In this document: positions 54,001 to 62,728 of the stretch, piece after piece
Numbering within the stretch: position 1 is the first letter of the stretch
How the letters are laid out: each line of letters begins with the position of its first letter
DNA from: Methanocellales archaeon
GTDB lineage: Archaea > Halobacteriota > UBA148 > JAUWXC01
Direction: 5' to 3'
Assembly: GCA_030610945.1 (NCBI GenBank)
Contig: JAUWQV010000004.1
Location: forward strand, 53,812-117,811
Length of the DNA stretch: 64,000 nt
Position numbers and translations under genes: made by a program
Notes under the pieces: model-generated
Told to the model about the DNA's origin: nothing
The model's database searches: none
What the model saw: the letters and a program-made list of their open reading frames with translations, nothing else

Positions 54001-54151
54001 ATTCGTCCATGCGTTTGTTCTTCACACCAATGCCGAGGATGCGGAAAGGGTGAAAGAGTTCATTCTCGAAAAAACTGGGGCCCGTTTGATTTTTGAGAAG
54101 CATTCTGGTGGGCATTTAATTATTAAAGAGGAGAGCGAGTGCCATGGCTAA
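53975..54151 (+). CDS. 58-aa hypothetical protein (not in ORF track)
   Basis: MNRNIKEIRFVHAFVLHTNAEDAERVKEFILEKTGARLIFEKHSGGHLIIKEESECHG; overlaps the helicase start. Confidence 0.55.
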   Translation: MNRNIKEIRFVHAFVLHTNAEDAERVKEFILEKTGARLIFEKHSGGHLIIKEESECHG

Positions 54152-55835
54152 AGCCAAGACTAAGAAAAAGATAGAGGAATGGCACACCAAGGCTGGATTT
54201 TGCCCATTCTGGCGCATTAAAACCCTTAAAGGCGTTGATGAAAAACATCCAACCATCGCCGTTAAATGCCTGATCAACAAAAAAGAACGGTCCATATACG
54301 GGGGCAAGTGCGTCCACGTTGATGCTTCTAGCACCGAAGGAATACAAAATTATAATGATTGCACCCTATACCTTAAAGACCTGAAGAGAAAAGAGGCGGG
54401 GCAAGAAAGTTACTTCCGAGACAAGGCATTCATTGGGAGGTGGTTGGCCAAAGATATCTGCGCAAAACACCGCTTTTTGACACATGAGAAAAGCCACATT
54501 ATTTATGCCTATTCGGATGGTGTTTATTCTGATAATGGTAGCGAGGTTGTCCAAGCAGAGTCCATACGGCTACTTGGTGATTTTTCGAAACGGAATAGGA
54601 TAAATGAGGCGCTGGCATACATTATGTATTCTACATACACTGCGCCAGATAAGTTTGAAGCACCAATAGATTTAATTAATGTAAAAAACGGAATTCTAAA
54701 TTTAGAAACAAACGAACTCATCCCACACACACCAGATATTATTTTTCTAAATCGAATCCCAGTCGATTACGACCCAAAAGCGGACTGCCCTGTAATAAAG
54801 AAGTTCCTTAAGGAAGTTTTACAACCAGATGATATTCCGCTTTTTCAGGAGTATTTTGGTTTTTGCCTTTTGAGAGAATATCGGTTTGCGCGAGCATTGA
54901 TGTTATTGGGTCCTGGAGAGAACGGAAAAACATCGACCCTTTCATTATTAGAGGCTTTTTTAGGCACGGAGAACATCGCAACACCATCGCTACAAGATGT
55001 GGTTTCTAGTCGCTTTTCTCAATATGAACTATATGGGAGACTAGCGAACATCCACGATGATATCCCCTCTTCTAAGCTGTCCTACACGGGCAGATTTAAA
55101 ATGCTGACGGGGGGCGGACTTGTGAGAGGCGAAAAGAAGCATAAGGATGGTTTTAATTTTAAAAATTATGCGAAGTTGATTTATTCGGCTAATGAATTGC
55201 CTGTCGTTGAGGATTCTTCGTTGGCTTTCTGGAGGCGGTGGTTTGTTCTTAAGTTTGATAATAGTTTTCCAGAGGGGGGTAAAAATACAGATCCGAATCT
55301 TCAAAAGAAGTTGACTACGCCAGAGGAGCTGTCGGGGTTTTTGAATTGGGGATTGGTTGGGTTGCGCAGGCTGTTGGAAAATAAGAAGTTCACAACGACA
55401 AAATCGACGCAAGAAACCAAGCGTGAGTGGGTTATGCAGACGGATAGCCTGAGGGCGTTTGTGATGAATTGTGTGAAGCTCAATCCAGAGGTTTCCATTA
55501 CAAAAAACGACTTTTTCGAGGCGTACAAATTGTTCTGCGTTGAATATGAAATCACACCATTAGATAAGGCAAACCTAGGGCGTAAGCTACCCACAATAAC
55601 ACCACAAGTGAGGGATTATATCCCAACTATTGATGGTAAGAGACAACGGGCATGGAAAGGCATAGAGTTATTTTTTGATGAATCTACTGAAAATGGTAAA
55701 GAATTTAGCAAAAAAATTAAAGAATATAACAATAAAGTTGAAAAAGATGGGGGTAGCCACGAGGAAAAAGACATATGGAACGGATATCGAAAAAAAGTCT
55801 GTTCCACCCCCCAAAACACAGAGGAGCGGGGGTAA
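54144..55835 (+). CDS. P4/D5-family SF3 replicative helicase lacking a recognisable primase domain
   Basis: D5_N motifs INVKNGILNL and PVDYDPKA.CP; Walker A GPGENGKT, Walker B NIHDD, motif C SANELP, AFWRRW. Confidence 0.9.
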   Translation: MAKAKTKKKIEEWHTKAGFCPFWRIKTLKGVDEKHPTIAVKCLINKKERSIYGGKCVHVDASSTEGIQNYNDCTLYLKDLKRKEAGQESYFRDKAFIGRWLAKDICAKHRFLTHEKSHIIYAYSDGVYSDNGSEVVQAESIRLLGDFSKRNRINEALAYIMYSTYTAPDKFEAPIDLINVKNGILNLETNELIPHTPDIIFLNRIPVDYDPKADCPVIKKFLKEVLQPDDIPLFQEYFGFCLLREYRFARALMLLGPGENGKTSTLSLLEAFLGTENIATPSLQDVVSSRFSQYELYGRLANIHDDIPSSKLSYTGRFKMLTGGGLVRGEKKHKDGFNFKNYAKLIYSANELPVVEDSSLAFWRRWFVLKFDNSFPEGGKNTDPNLQKKLTTPEELSGFLNWGLVGLRRLLENKKFTTTKSTQETKREWVMQTDSLRAFVMNCVKLNPEVSITKNDFFEAYKLFCVEYEITPLDKANLGRKLPTITPQVRDYIPTIDGKRQRAWKGIELFFDESTENGKEFSKKIKEYNNKVEKDGGSHEEKDIWNGYRKKVCSTPQNTEERG

Positions 55836-56068
55836 AAAGGACGTGAAAAACGCAAAGTGAAAAAAGCAAAAAATGGGGCGATGCACTGCGATGGAACAGA
55901 TGTAACAGATATTACTCACATTTTAAGGGGGAAAGACGGGGGGAGATAGTATATACGGTAACCAAGGAAGAAGTTGCACCAAAAGTCCGTTACATCCGTT
56001 CCGATACAGAGGAGCGCCTCAAAAAACACAAAAAACATCCGTTCCAAAAGATGCAATATTCGTTCCGT
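55775..56068. repeat. iteron-like 9-bp repeats in inverted arrangement; candidate replication origin
   Basis: ATGGAACGGAT 55775, TCTGTTCCA 55798, ATGGAACAG-ATGTAACAG-AT 55891-55910, TCCGTTACA-TCCGTTCC 55986-56002, ATCCGTTCCA 56037, TTCGTTCCG 56059. Confidence 0.7.
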
Positions 56069-56330
56069 TAAAAAAGAAACAAATCCAAAAAAAAACCAAG
56101 AGGGCTACCCAGAAGTAGACCAAGAAACATTGGTAAACTTCTTTTTAAAACACCACCGAGAAATAGTCAACAAGGAGCGCAGCCACCAACCAAGCATTGA
56201 TTTTACGGCTGCCGTTGGTCGTGCTCATCGGGTTTTAGGCGTGAGTAAGGAGAGAGCAGCCAATACACTGGAGAACCTCGTAAGAGATGGAATAATCTCA
56301 ACCTCATTACCAGAATCAAGGAAGAGTTAA
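55974..56330 (+). CDS. hypothetical protein with possible C-terminal wHTH; start uncertain
   Basis: LGVSKERAANTLENLVRDGII; the N-terminus overlaps the repeat region. Confidence 0.35.
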   Translation: MHQKSVTSVPIQRSASKNTKNIRSKRCNIRSVKKETNPKKNQEGYPEVDQETLVNFFLKHHREIVNKERSHQPSIDFTAAVGRAHRVLGVSKERAANTLENLVRDGIISTSLPESRKS

Positions 56331-56454
56331 ACATGAAGTTGATCAATCAACTATCAACTGTCGATCGATGTATTAAAACATCATGAACAAAACTCAATAA
56401 AAAGACAAATATATTTGAAGTAAGAATTCATATTCTGTCTAGGGAGATTGTTGA

Positions 56455-56838
56455 ATGAACGAAGCAGATTTTGTCGTTTATCGGAAAGAGGATATCGCAA
56501 AAATACCCAGAGATGCAAAGGTAGTGCACATCGGCTACAAGATGAGCATCGAGGACATCGGCGAGATAATACGAACGAGGAAAAACCTGAAAGCGCTACG
56601 ATTTCCACCCAGCATCGCGGATCAGCTGCACCCGTTCGTAGGCACCATGCTCGACATGCAGGGCATCAGGAAGCTGGCGGGCTATGCAGACCGGTATGAT
56701 TCAAAGTTCGTAAAGGAAGCGAGAAAGCTCCGCCAGAAGGGATGGAAATATGAAAAGATCGCCGATCACATCTCAGATAAGATCGGAGCAGAACTGTCCG
56801 CGCAGACGATCTGGTATTGGGTGAATAAGAGGAAGTGA
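56455..56838 (+). CDS. DUF1699-like protein with C-terminal HTH
   Basis: VVYRKEDIAKI...VVHIGYKMS..DI...P.S....MLDMQGI resembles Methanosarcinales DUF1699; ends with WKYEKIAD...LSAQTIWYW. Confidence 0.6.
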   Translation: MNEADFVVYRKEDIAKIPRDAKVVHIGYKMSIEDIGEIIRTRKNLKALRFPPSIADQLHPFVGTMLDMQGIRKLAGYADRYDSKFVKEARKLRQKGWKYEKIADHISDKIGAELSAQTIWYWVNKRK

Positions 56839-56867
56839 ATGAATTTCTTACCCACGGGGGATCTTAA

Positions 56868-56978
56868 TTGAGGCCAATTCTGATTATTCTGGTATTAATA
56901 ATTGTTTTAATCGGTGGCTGTATCGGTGGATTTGATACAGAAAAGGTTCTGGAGCCCTCCCCTTGTAAATCCTTCTAA
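56868..56978 (+). pseudogene. lipoprotein signal-peptide stub
   Basis: MRPILIILVLIIVLIGGCIGGFDTEKVLEPSPCKSF* has a lipobox GGC and then stops. Confidence 0.45.
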
Positions 56979-57008
56979 ATACGTTTATATTCAACACAAC
57001 GATTTAGA

Positions 57009-57272
57009 TTGGTGAATTGTATGACAAAGGCATCTAAAACAATCTATTGGAAAGATGTACTCGTAGTAGCAGTGTCCGTTGTCGTAGGCATATATTTGCA
57101 GCGTCCACTTAGTGACGTTTTTGAAAGATATGTTAACGACATCGTTGGAGGGATTTTTGGAACGGTTCTTGTTAACATAGTTGCCATGGTTATAGTAGTG
57201 ATTATAGCAATAGGAACGATTATGTTTGCCATATACATGCTAGCTCGAGCACGGGGATATGAATTTAGATGA
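57009..57272 (+). CDS. small two-TM membrane protein
   Basis: two hydrophobic stretches. Confidence 0.6.
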   Translation: MVNCMTKASKTIYWKDVLVVAVSVVVGIYLQRPLSDVFERYVNDIVGGIFGTVLVNIVAMVIVVIIAIGTIMFAIYMLARARGYEFR

Positions 57273-57341
57273 TCTAAGAAATACCCCCTACCCCCCTACC
57301 ACCGTAATCTATATAACCTAGAAAAGCCATATTTCATCATC

Positions 57342-57593
57342 ATGGCACAAATTAAATCGATCGAAAAAATAACAGAAAACTACGTTTTGAGCACTATAAA
57401 GGCTAGCATTAATATAGAAAAACATATGCAAAGGAGCGGGTGGAGCAACCCAAAAGAGAGGGCATTAAAGTATGCAATTTCCACTATTGTCTCCTCAGGG
57501 GTAAAAAAAGATAGAGCAATAGAGCTTATCGATAGTATAATAAAAAGGGCAAATGAAATAAAGTCCCTTTTATCTCACATTGAAAACTTTTGA
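57342..57593 (+). CDS. hypothetical protein
   Basis: 83 aa ORF with an upstream TATATAA box. Confidence 0.5.
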   Translation: MAQIKSIEKITENYVLSTIKASINIEKHMQRSGWSNPKERALKYAISTIVSSGVKKDRAIELIDSIIKRANEIKSLLSHIENF

Positions 57594-57625
57594 TCGGATA
57601 AAAAAAGTGTAAGAAGCGGATTTAA

Positions 57626-58067
57626 ATGGTTGGAAAGATAAAAGAGGACGTCAAAAGGGACGTTTTGAGATATCTGAATAGTAGAATTCACAAAAGGTGG
57701 AAAGTAGAAGATTTTACCTTATCTTCCATCTGCGAAGCTGTGAATGAAACAAGCGACAGAACTGAAAATATATTGGAGAAACTCAAAGAAGGCGGGTCAA
57801 TCGACAGTCATAGGGTTGAAACTGATATTTTCTTGCCAAAGGACAAAGAACTCACCGAAAAGATAAAGTCGGCTGTAAAGAGCATTCCAACAAACCACCA
57901 GTTGGTCGCGGGCGATTCCAGAAAGACCATCACCATTGAATTACACCACAGGACAGCTGATGATTTACACCATAGCCAGTCTTAAACATGCAATATGGGG
58001 AGGTTTTGCAATGCTCTGCATCGCATTTGGTAGCGCGTGCTTTTTTTGCGCAGGATTGGGTGACTAA
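57626..58067 (+). pseudogene. probable disrupted wHTH + membrane protein
   Basis: wHTH-like N-terminus (FTLSSICEAV...ILEKLKEGG); a hydrophobic segment QLMIYTIASLKHAIWGGFAMLCIAFGS continues in another frame. Confidence 0.4.
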
Positions 58068-58163
58068 GCTCAGCCCCGTATTGATGTCAGAGATTTAAAC
58101 ATTTGGATTCGATTATAAAAGAACCAAAGAACCACATTCACGTGGAGTTGATGACAAGAAAAT

Positions 58164-58378
58164 TTTATGTTAAATTACATAACAATGCTGGAACTCCTTC
58201 GACCCCAGTAAATCTGACATGAACCTGGGTTTGGGATATATCCAATTGCTGAGGGACTTTAAATAAAACCCAACCTTCAACGGTAACACCAGGATATACC
58301 TCATAAGGGGGGGTGATATTCTTCTTTGCCCTTCACATTTTCAAACCCTGTCCTTTTGATATGCGCTAATGAGCGTAT
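58164..58378 (-). pseudogene. remnant of a DUF4352-like surface protein
   Basis: YEVYPGVTVEGWVLFKVPQQLD...NLT*; frame break at the G7 tract 58307-58313. Confidence 0.45.
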
Positions 58379-58440
58379 CCTACTTAATTTGCCTTGTTAG
58401 ACGACAATAACCTCCCCTTATTCCAAATATCTCTTGAAGC

Positions 58441-58917
58441 CTATAAGTTGAAGATATATGCTACATATGGTTCGTGATCTATATATTCGATGATGTGTAA
58501 CTCAATAGGATTCTCATCAAGTGGTATTGATTTGCTTTCCGATGTGTCTTTTTCCTCTCCAGGATAAAAATCTGTTAGTAATCTGACAGGATCTAATCTA
58601 TAAAAATTTCCCTTGGCTGTTTTTAACTCTAAAGAGACAATGGGACTACCATACACCTCGAAATTGGCTGTGTTCTTGAATGTTAAACAAACCTCGAAAA
58701 CCTTGTACTTTTCTCCCTTGAACTCTTTTTCAACAGTCGTTGCATTCACGATTGTTACTAGATACGGAACCTCTTGGGTCCGATGATATTTTTCATAAGT
58801 ATAGGGGAACGATACGACTTTAGGAGAAGGAATTTCAGGTGCTTTTTCTCCAAGACATCCAATGTAAACACATATAATCAAAGCCAACAAAAGCACAACG
58901 GTTACTGCCCTTTTCAT
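58441..58917 (-). CDS. putative lipoprotein (DUF4352-like Ig fold)
   Basis: lipobox YIGC, LTFKNT, LKTAKGNFY, FYPGEEK. Confidence 0.65.
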   Translation of the reverse strand: MKRAVTVVLLLALIICVYIGCLGEKAPEIPSPKVVSFPYTYEKYHRTQEVPYLVTIVNATTVEKEFKGEKYKVFEVCLTFKNTANFEVYGSPIVSLELKTAKGNFYRLDPVRLLTDFYPGEEKDTSESKSIPLDENPIELHIIEYIDHEPYVAYIFNL

Positions 58918-58963
58918 CTCATCACCTTGGTATCTCCTTCTGCCTCGTTTTATCCCTAGGGAA

Positions 58964-59503
58964 TTACGGTTGATCGTATAACATCACTAAAGTATCCGAG
59001 TGAAAGTCTCCTTGAGCTGGTGTGTGTACTGTTACTTCCATCGTGCCATACTGGTTAAGCGGTAAGCTTGAATACTCGCCGTACTCTGGCTCCACCGGAA
59101 TGGCCTCAAATGGGATCCTGATCTGTTCCATATTATTGTTGAAGGTAGCCATGCCCTCGTAAACTAGTTGATCCTTCACTCTCTCAAAGTTCTCGTATTT
59201 TGTCGTGTATATCTTAATCGCCATTGTGCACTCTGTATTTCGGAAGGATATTATCTCCGATTTTTGATTGAAAAAGTAGACAATAACTTTTAGCCCATCA
59301 TATTCTGGGTCGGCATCATCGGTGTATCCCCATGCATACACCGTCGTATATGCTAACCCAGGTATCTCTTTTTTGGCCGTTGGAGACGGCACCGGACTCG
59401 ATGTCGGCGTGATTGGCTCCCGCTCAACACATCCTGCGAACATCACAACGGACGCAATTACTATAATAGCTGCCAAAGTTGCTATGGTTTTATGTTTAGC
59501 CAT
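58964..59503 (-). CDS. putative lipoprotein
   Basis: lipobox FAGC, Pro/Thr/Ser linker, DDADPEYDG. Confidence 0.7.
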   Translation of the reverse strand: MAKHKTIATLAAIIVIASVVMFAGCVEREPITPTSSPVPSPTAKKEIPGLAYTTVYAWGYTDDADPEYDGLKVIVYFFNQKSEIISFRNTECTMAIKIYTTKYENFERVKDQLVYEGMATFNNNMEQIRIPFEAIPVEPEYGEYSSLPLNQYGTMEVTVHTPAQGDFHSDTLVMLYDQP

Positions 59504-59512
59504 TTTCTCACT

Positions 59513-59755
59513 TTATAACTTGAAAAATTTTTTATCATATTGAGGAACAAAATCTCGATAATCTTCTTTAATTCTTTCAATTGATCTTCTTAATACTTCC
59601 TCTTTTGTTTCGTTAGACTTGGCCTTTTTACCTAAACTATGCATTCTCAAAGGCCAATAAAGCATTCTTAATTCATTTTGGGGCGTGTTGCCTCTTGGTA
59701 TGTGTTCCAGTTCTTTTTTTACTTGTTCACGCATTTCTTTTAGTTTACTGGTCAT
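59513..59755 (-). CDS. hypothetical protein
   Basis: 80 aa basic ORF co-oriented with the lipoprotein genes. Confidence 0.55.
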   Translation of the reverse strand: MTSKLKEMREQVKKELEHIPRGNTPQNELRMLYWPLRMHSLGKKAKSNETKEEVLRRSIERIKEDYRDFVPQYDKKFFKL

Positions 59756-60041
59756 TTTGCCACTTAAGTATCTATTTATCCCGATACTTTACTTAAAGTT
59801 TTCTATTGTAAAAACATTTGTCATTTGTCAACAGCTTCATTGGGCGGAAAATCTACTTGTCCAACTAATGATCCAAACAGAATTTACTTTGTCGCAGGTT
59901 TTAAGGTTATTTTGAAAAGGTTGAGACACAAAAGCCATCGAAATTGGTGGGGACAAAAAGGATAATCCCTTCGTACAAGTTTTTTAATCTTAATGGTTTC
60001 GTTGGCATAAATAATTCTAGCGACTTATCAAGATGCATTTT

Positions 60042-60413
60042 TTAGATACCTAGTACCTTCCCTGTGAATCCAATGGCAATATAGAGAACCCAAATTATTG
60101 AAGTTAATAGGATCCAACCAAATACGAAAGAAAACCAACCAAGACCCATAAAGAAGTTCCATAGACGACTATCTCCTTTTCCTTTTCCTGCCAACCAAAT
60201 GAAACCATAAACACACGCTAGAATGAAGAAGAAACTTGAAGATATACCTAACTTAATAGGTTTCAACCATATTTTTGCTGCATCTAATTGTCCTCGAGCA
60301 CCTACTTGGTAAAATATAAAGAGCAATACTGAAGTTACTGCGATGCTAATTCCTGCCATCGTGGCTGAAACGGAGGTAAAAGTCGATGCTAGCAGGTTAT
60401 CGGCTTTTGGCAT
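60042..60413 (-). CDS. three-TM membrane protein
   Basis: three hydrophobic helices; GAGGTG SD. Confidence 0.65.
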   Translation of the reverse strand: MPKADNLLASTFTSVSATMAGISIAVTSVLLFIFYQVGARGQLDAAKIWLKPIKLGISSSFFFILACVYGFIWLAGKGKGDSRLWNFFMGLGWFSFVFGWILLTSIIWVLYIAIGFTGKVLGI

Positions 60414-60424
60414 TTACACCTCTT

Positions 60425-60814
60425 CTACCAAGTATAACTAATTTCCTTTGAGTCTAATAATGATGTTCCTGTATCGTTCCATAACTCAACTTGGATCTTA
60501 AGCAAATCACCTTTGCCCGGATTAGGATTACAATAAACTGCTGTATACTCGGACCCCAACTCCAATCTCGCGCTATTATTGCTAAGTGTTCTGCCGTCTG
60601 TATCGTTCACTATTTTCACTTTAACTATCCCCACTGTAGGAGGGGGTGCTATTTGCATAATTGGCATCTGTATACTGCTTTTTTTAGGTACTATATTCGT
60701 TATCTCTGAGTTCTGTACCCTGACACCTACTGTCAAAGAAGGACTAATGCAACAAGAAGAAAGCACCAGAACAATTGAAATAAGGACCAAAAATAGCCAA
60801 TTTAGTTTTTTCAT
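60425..60814 (-). CDS. secreted protein or lipoprotein
   Basis: signal peptide with LSSCC; beta-rich mature part. Confidence 0.6.
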   Translation of the reverse strand: MKKLNWLFLVLISIVLVLSSCCISPSLTVGVRVQNSEITNIVPKKSSIQMPIMQIAPPPTVGIVKVKIVNDTDGRTLSNNSARLELGSEYTAVYCNPNPGKGDLLKIQVELWNDTGTSLLDSKEISYTW

Positions 60815-61161
60815 TCTTCTCCCATTTAGACTTTAAACGGTGAAGTTTATAAATATATTCGTTTAGACAGTAGATGGCAAATCAAGAAGATTGAACAATT
60901 TTCTTAATCTAATCCAATCTCTTCTCTAACCTTAGTTATATATTCGTTCAGTTTCTCTTCATAATCAGGACTACTTTTTGCCATTTTTTTTGATGCTCTT
61001 TATATCCAAAGTACCAAAATCCTTCACTTACTTCCTCGGTTGAATATAATCTGTGCCACTCCTTTTTTTCGTCCACAGTACAAGATAAACAGGTATCACA
61101 TGAAAATGGATATGTTGGAGCTATTGTAAGGGTTGGGGGTTTCTTGTTAGACGATTAAAAC

Positions 61162-61335
61162 TCATCCTCGCTCTGGGACGAGCACGCCTTTCTCAACGTA
61201 AATTTTTCCACCCTCTTCACAGAAAAGAAGATAGTCGCCCACTCTGAGCCCGCCCATTCTCTCTTGCACCTTCTTTGGAATCGCGATCTGTCTTCTCACC
61301 GTCACCTTTGCCTGAGCAAAATAATCGTGTTTCAT
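61162..61335 (-). CDS. AbrB/MazE/SpoVT-family DNA-binding protein
   Basis: AKVTVRRQIAIPKKVQERMGGLRVGDYLLF.EEGGKIYVEK. Confidence 0.8.
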   Translation of the reverse strand: MKHDYFAQAKVTVRRQIAIPKKVQERMGGLRVGDYLLFCEEGGKIYVEKGVLVPERG

Positions 61336-61458
61336 GGATAGCGTGTTCAAGCGAAAACATTAAAAGCAATATACACTTAAATCTTGTATCAAGATAATAA
61401 GGAAGAATGGTATGAAGAGGATAGGGCTAATTTTGGTCTAAAGATGCATGAGGTCTAA

Positions 61459-61623
61459 GTGAAGCGATATTATACCTGCAACGGCTGCGGCGCCAAGCAT
61501 TCGTTTGAGACCACCCAGGACTATATAGATGGTCTCATCGTGGCGTTCTGTCCCAGCTGCGGAAAGATGAAGGAATTCCTGATGGTTGACGCCGGCGAAG
61601 AGGCAGGGCTCAGGTTGAAATGA
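61459..61623 (+). CDS. 54-aa zinc-ribbon protein (not in ORF track)
   Basis: MKRYYTCNGCGAKHSFETTQDYIDGLIVAFCPSCGKMKEFLMVDAGEEAGLRLK; GAGGT SD, GTG start, ATGA overlap with the next gene. Confidence 0.65.
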   Translation: MKRYYTCNGCGAKHSFETTQDYIDGLIVAFCPSCGKMKEFLMVDAGEEAGLRLK

Positions 61624-61823
61624 AAATGCTAGCACCAGAAGAGGTTAAGATCGGAATGATAATGCTGACAGCAATCATAACGGCTGTCGTAGGATGCTGC
61701 CTGCCAGTAGGGTGGACAACGGGAATAACGATCATTTACCCAATCCAGCTCGTGATTCTCATAACACTGACCCTCCAGATAATAAGAATAACATTGAAAG
61801 AAGAAGGACATTCCCGGGCATAA
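61620..61823 (+). CDS. small two-TM membrane protein
   Basis: two hydrophobic stretches; coupled to the zinc-ribbon gene. Confidence 0.55.
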   Translation: MKMLAPEEVKIGMIMLTAIITAVVGCCLPVGWTTGITIIYPIQLVILITLTLQIIRITLKEEGHSRA

Positions 61824-62356
61824 CACGATGTCGCCTCCCTCCTCTCCTTCTCTTATCGCACGAGGAGGGCAGGAGAATGACTTAATGGAGCTCTAAGCAA
61901 CGTTTAGAAGGACTCTGAACACATTCCATTCAATCTGCGAATGCCTTCTGAACCAATTAACTAAATGGGTATTTACAAACGGAGGCTATCCTGGTATTTT
62001 CACTCCCTGCGCCGACGAGTCAAGGCGAGGAGGCGCAAATCGTCTAATGAAAAGCCTTGAGATGTTATGACGAATTGATATGCGCCCCCATTCATCTTAC
62101 CTTCCAGAACGCTCAAAGTGATGCAGGTTGGAGAATGAGACGAATCCCAATTTTATCTCCTAGCTCTGTGACACTAGGATTTTTATTACTTGGAAGGGTA
62201 ATGACATCACCCTTAACTCCATTTAAATACTCGAGGTTAGCGTAAAATAAAAGTTTTCCTATAAATTTGTCTGTCTAGGAGTTCAGCGAGAAAAATAGGA
62301 AGTTGGATAGCGAGGTTTGTGGAGATCGAAACCGAGGAGTTCGCATCCATACACTC

Positions 62357-62728
62357 TTAGAGGCTACTCATCTCTACTATTCCTCCGGGGAATGCTTCTA
62401 CTCTCTTCTTGTCGTCCAGCTCCTCCTTGCTCAGATGTCGGAGCGAGCGTCCATCCTTCCACTCCTTGTCAGCGTAGATTCCGTACCTGTTCAGCCCTAT
62501 CTCTATCTCCTTCTCGAATTTCTCCCTGGGGGTTAGAACAGTCCTTGATCTTGGATTTTGTTTCTTTATCCATTCTTATCTCGGAATTACTTTCTTGCCT
62601 TTGTCCAGATGCTCTTTCACTTCGTCTCTGATGTTCTCGATCGCATCGTCCAGGTCTGCCTCGTTGCTGATGATGCTCTTCTTCGAGGCTTTTCCAAGAC
62701 TAACTTGCGCCCTCTCCACCCCCCTCAT
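62357..62728 (-). pseudogene. probable BREX scar: BrxC-like C-terminus followed by a frameshifted PglX-like N-terminus
   Basis: 62728-62576 reads ...SIISNEADLDDAIENIRDEVKEHLDKGKKVIPR*; from 62573 MDKETKSKIK/(shift)TVLTPREKFEKEIEIGLNRYGIYADKEW...LRHLSKEELDDKKRVEAF. Confidence 0.5.

Noticed and set aside
57281-57304. TACCCCC-type short tandem repeat, possible G-quadruplex on the minus strand
   Set aside because: Only two long G runs; low-complexity sequence without further support.
60890-61140. Broken minus-strand reading frames containing CDTCLSC
   Set aside because: Probably pseudogene debris, but too fragmented to assign.
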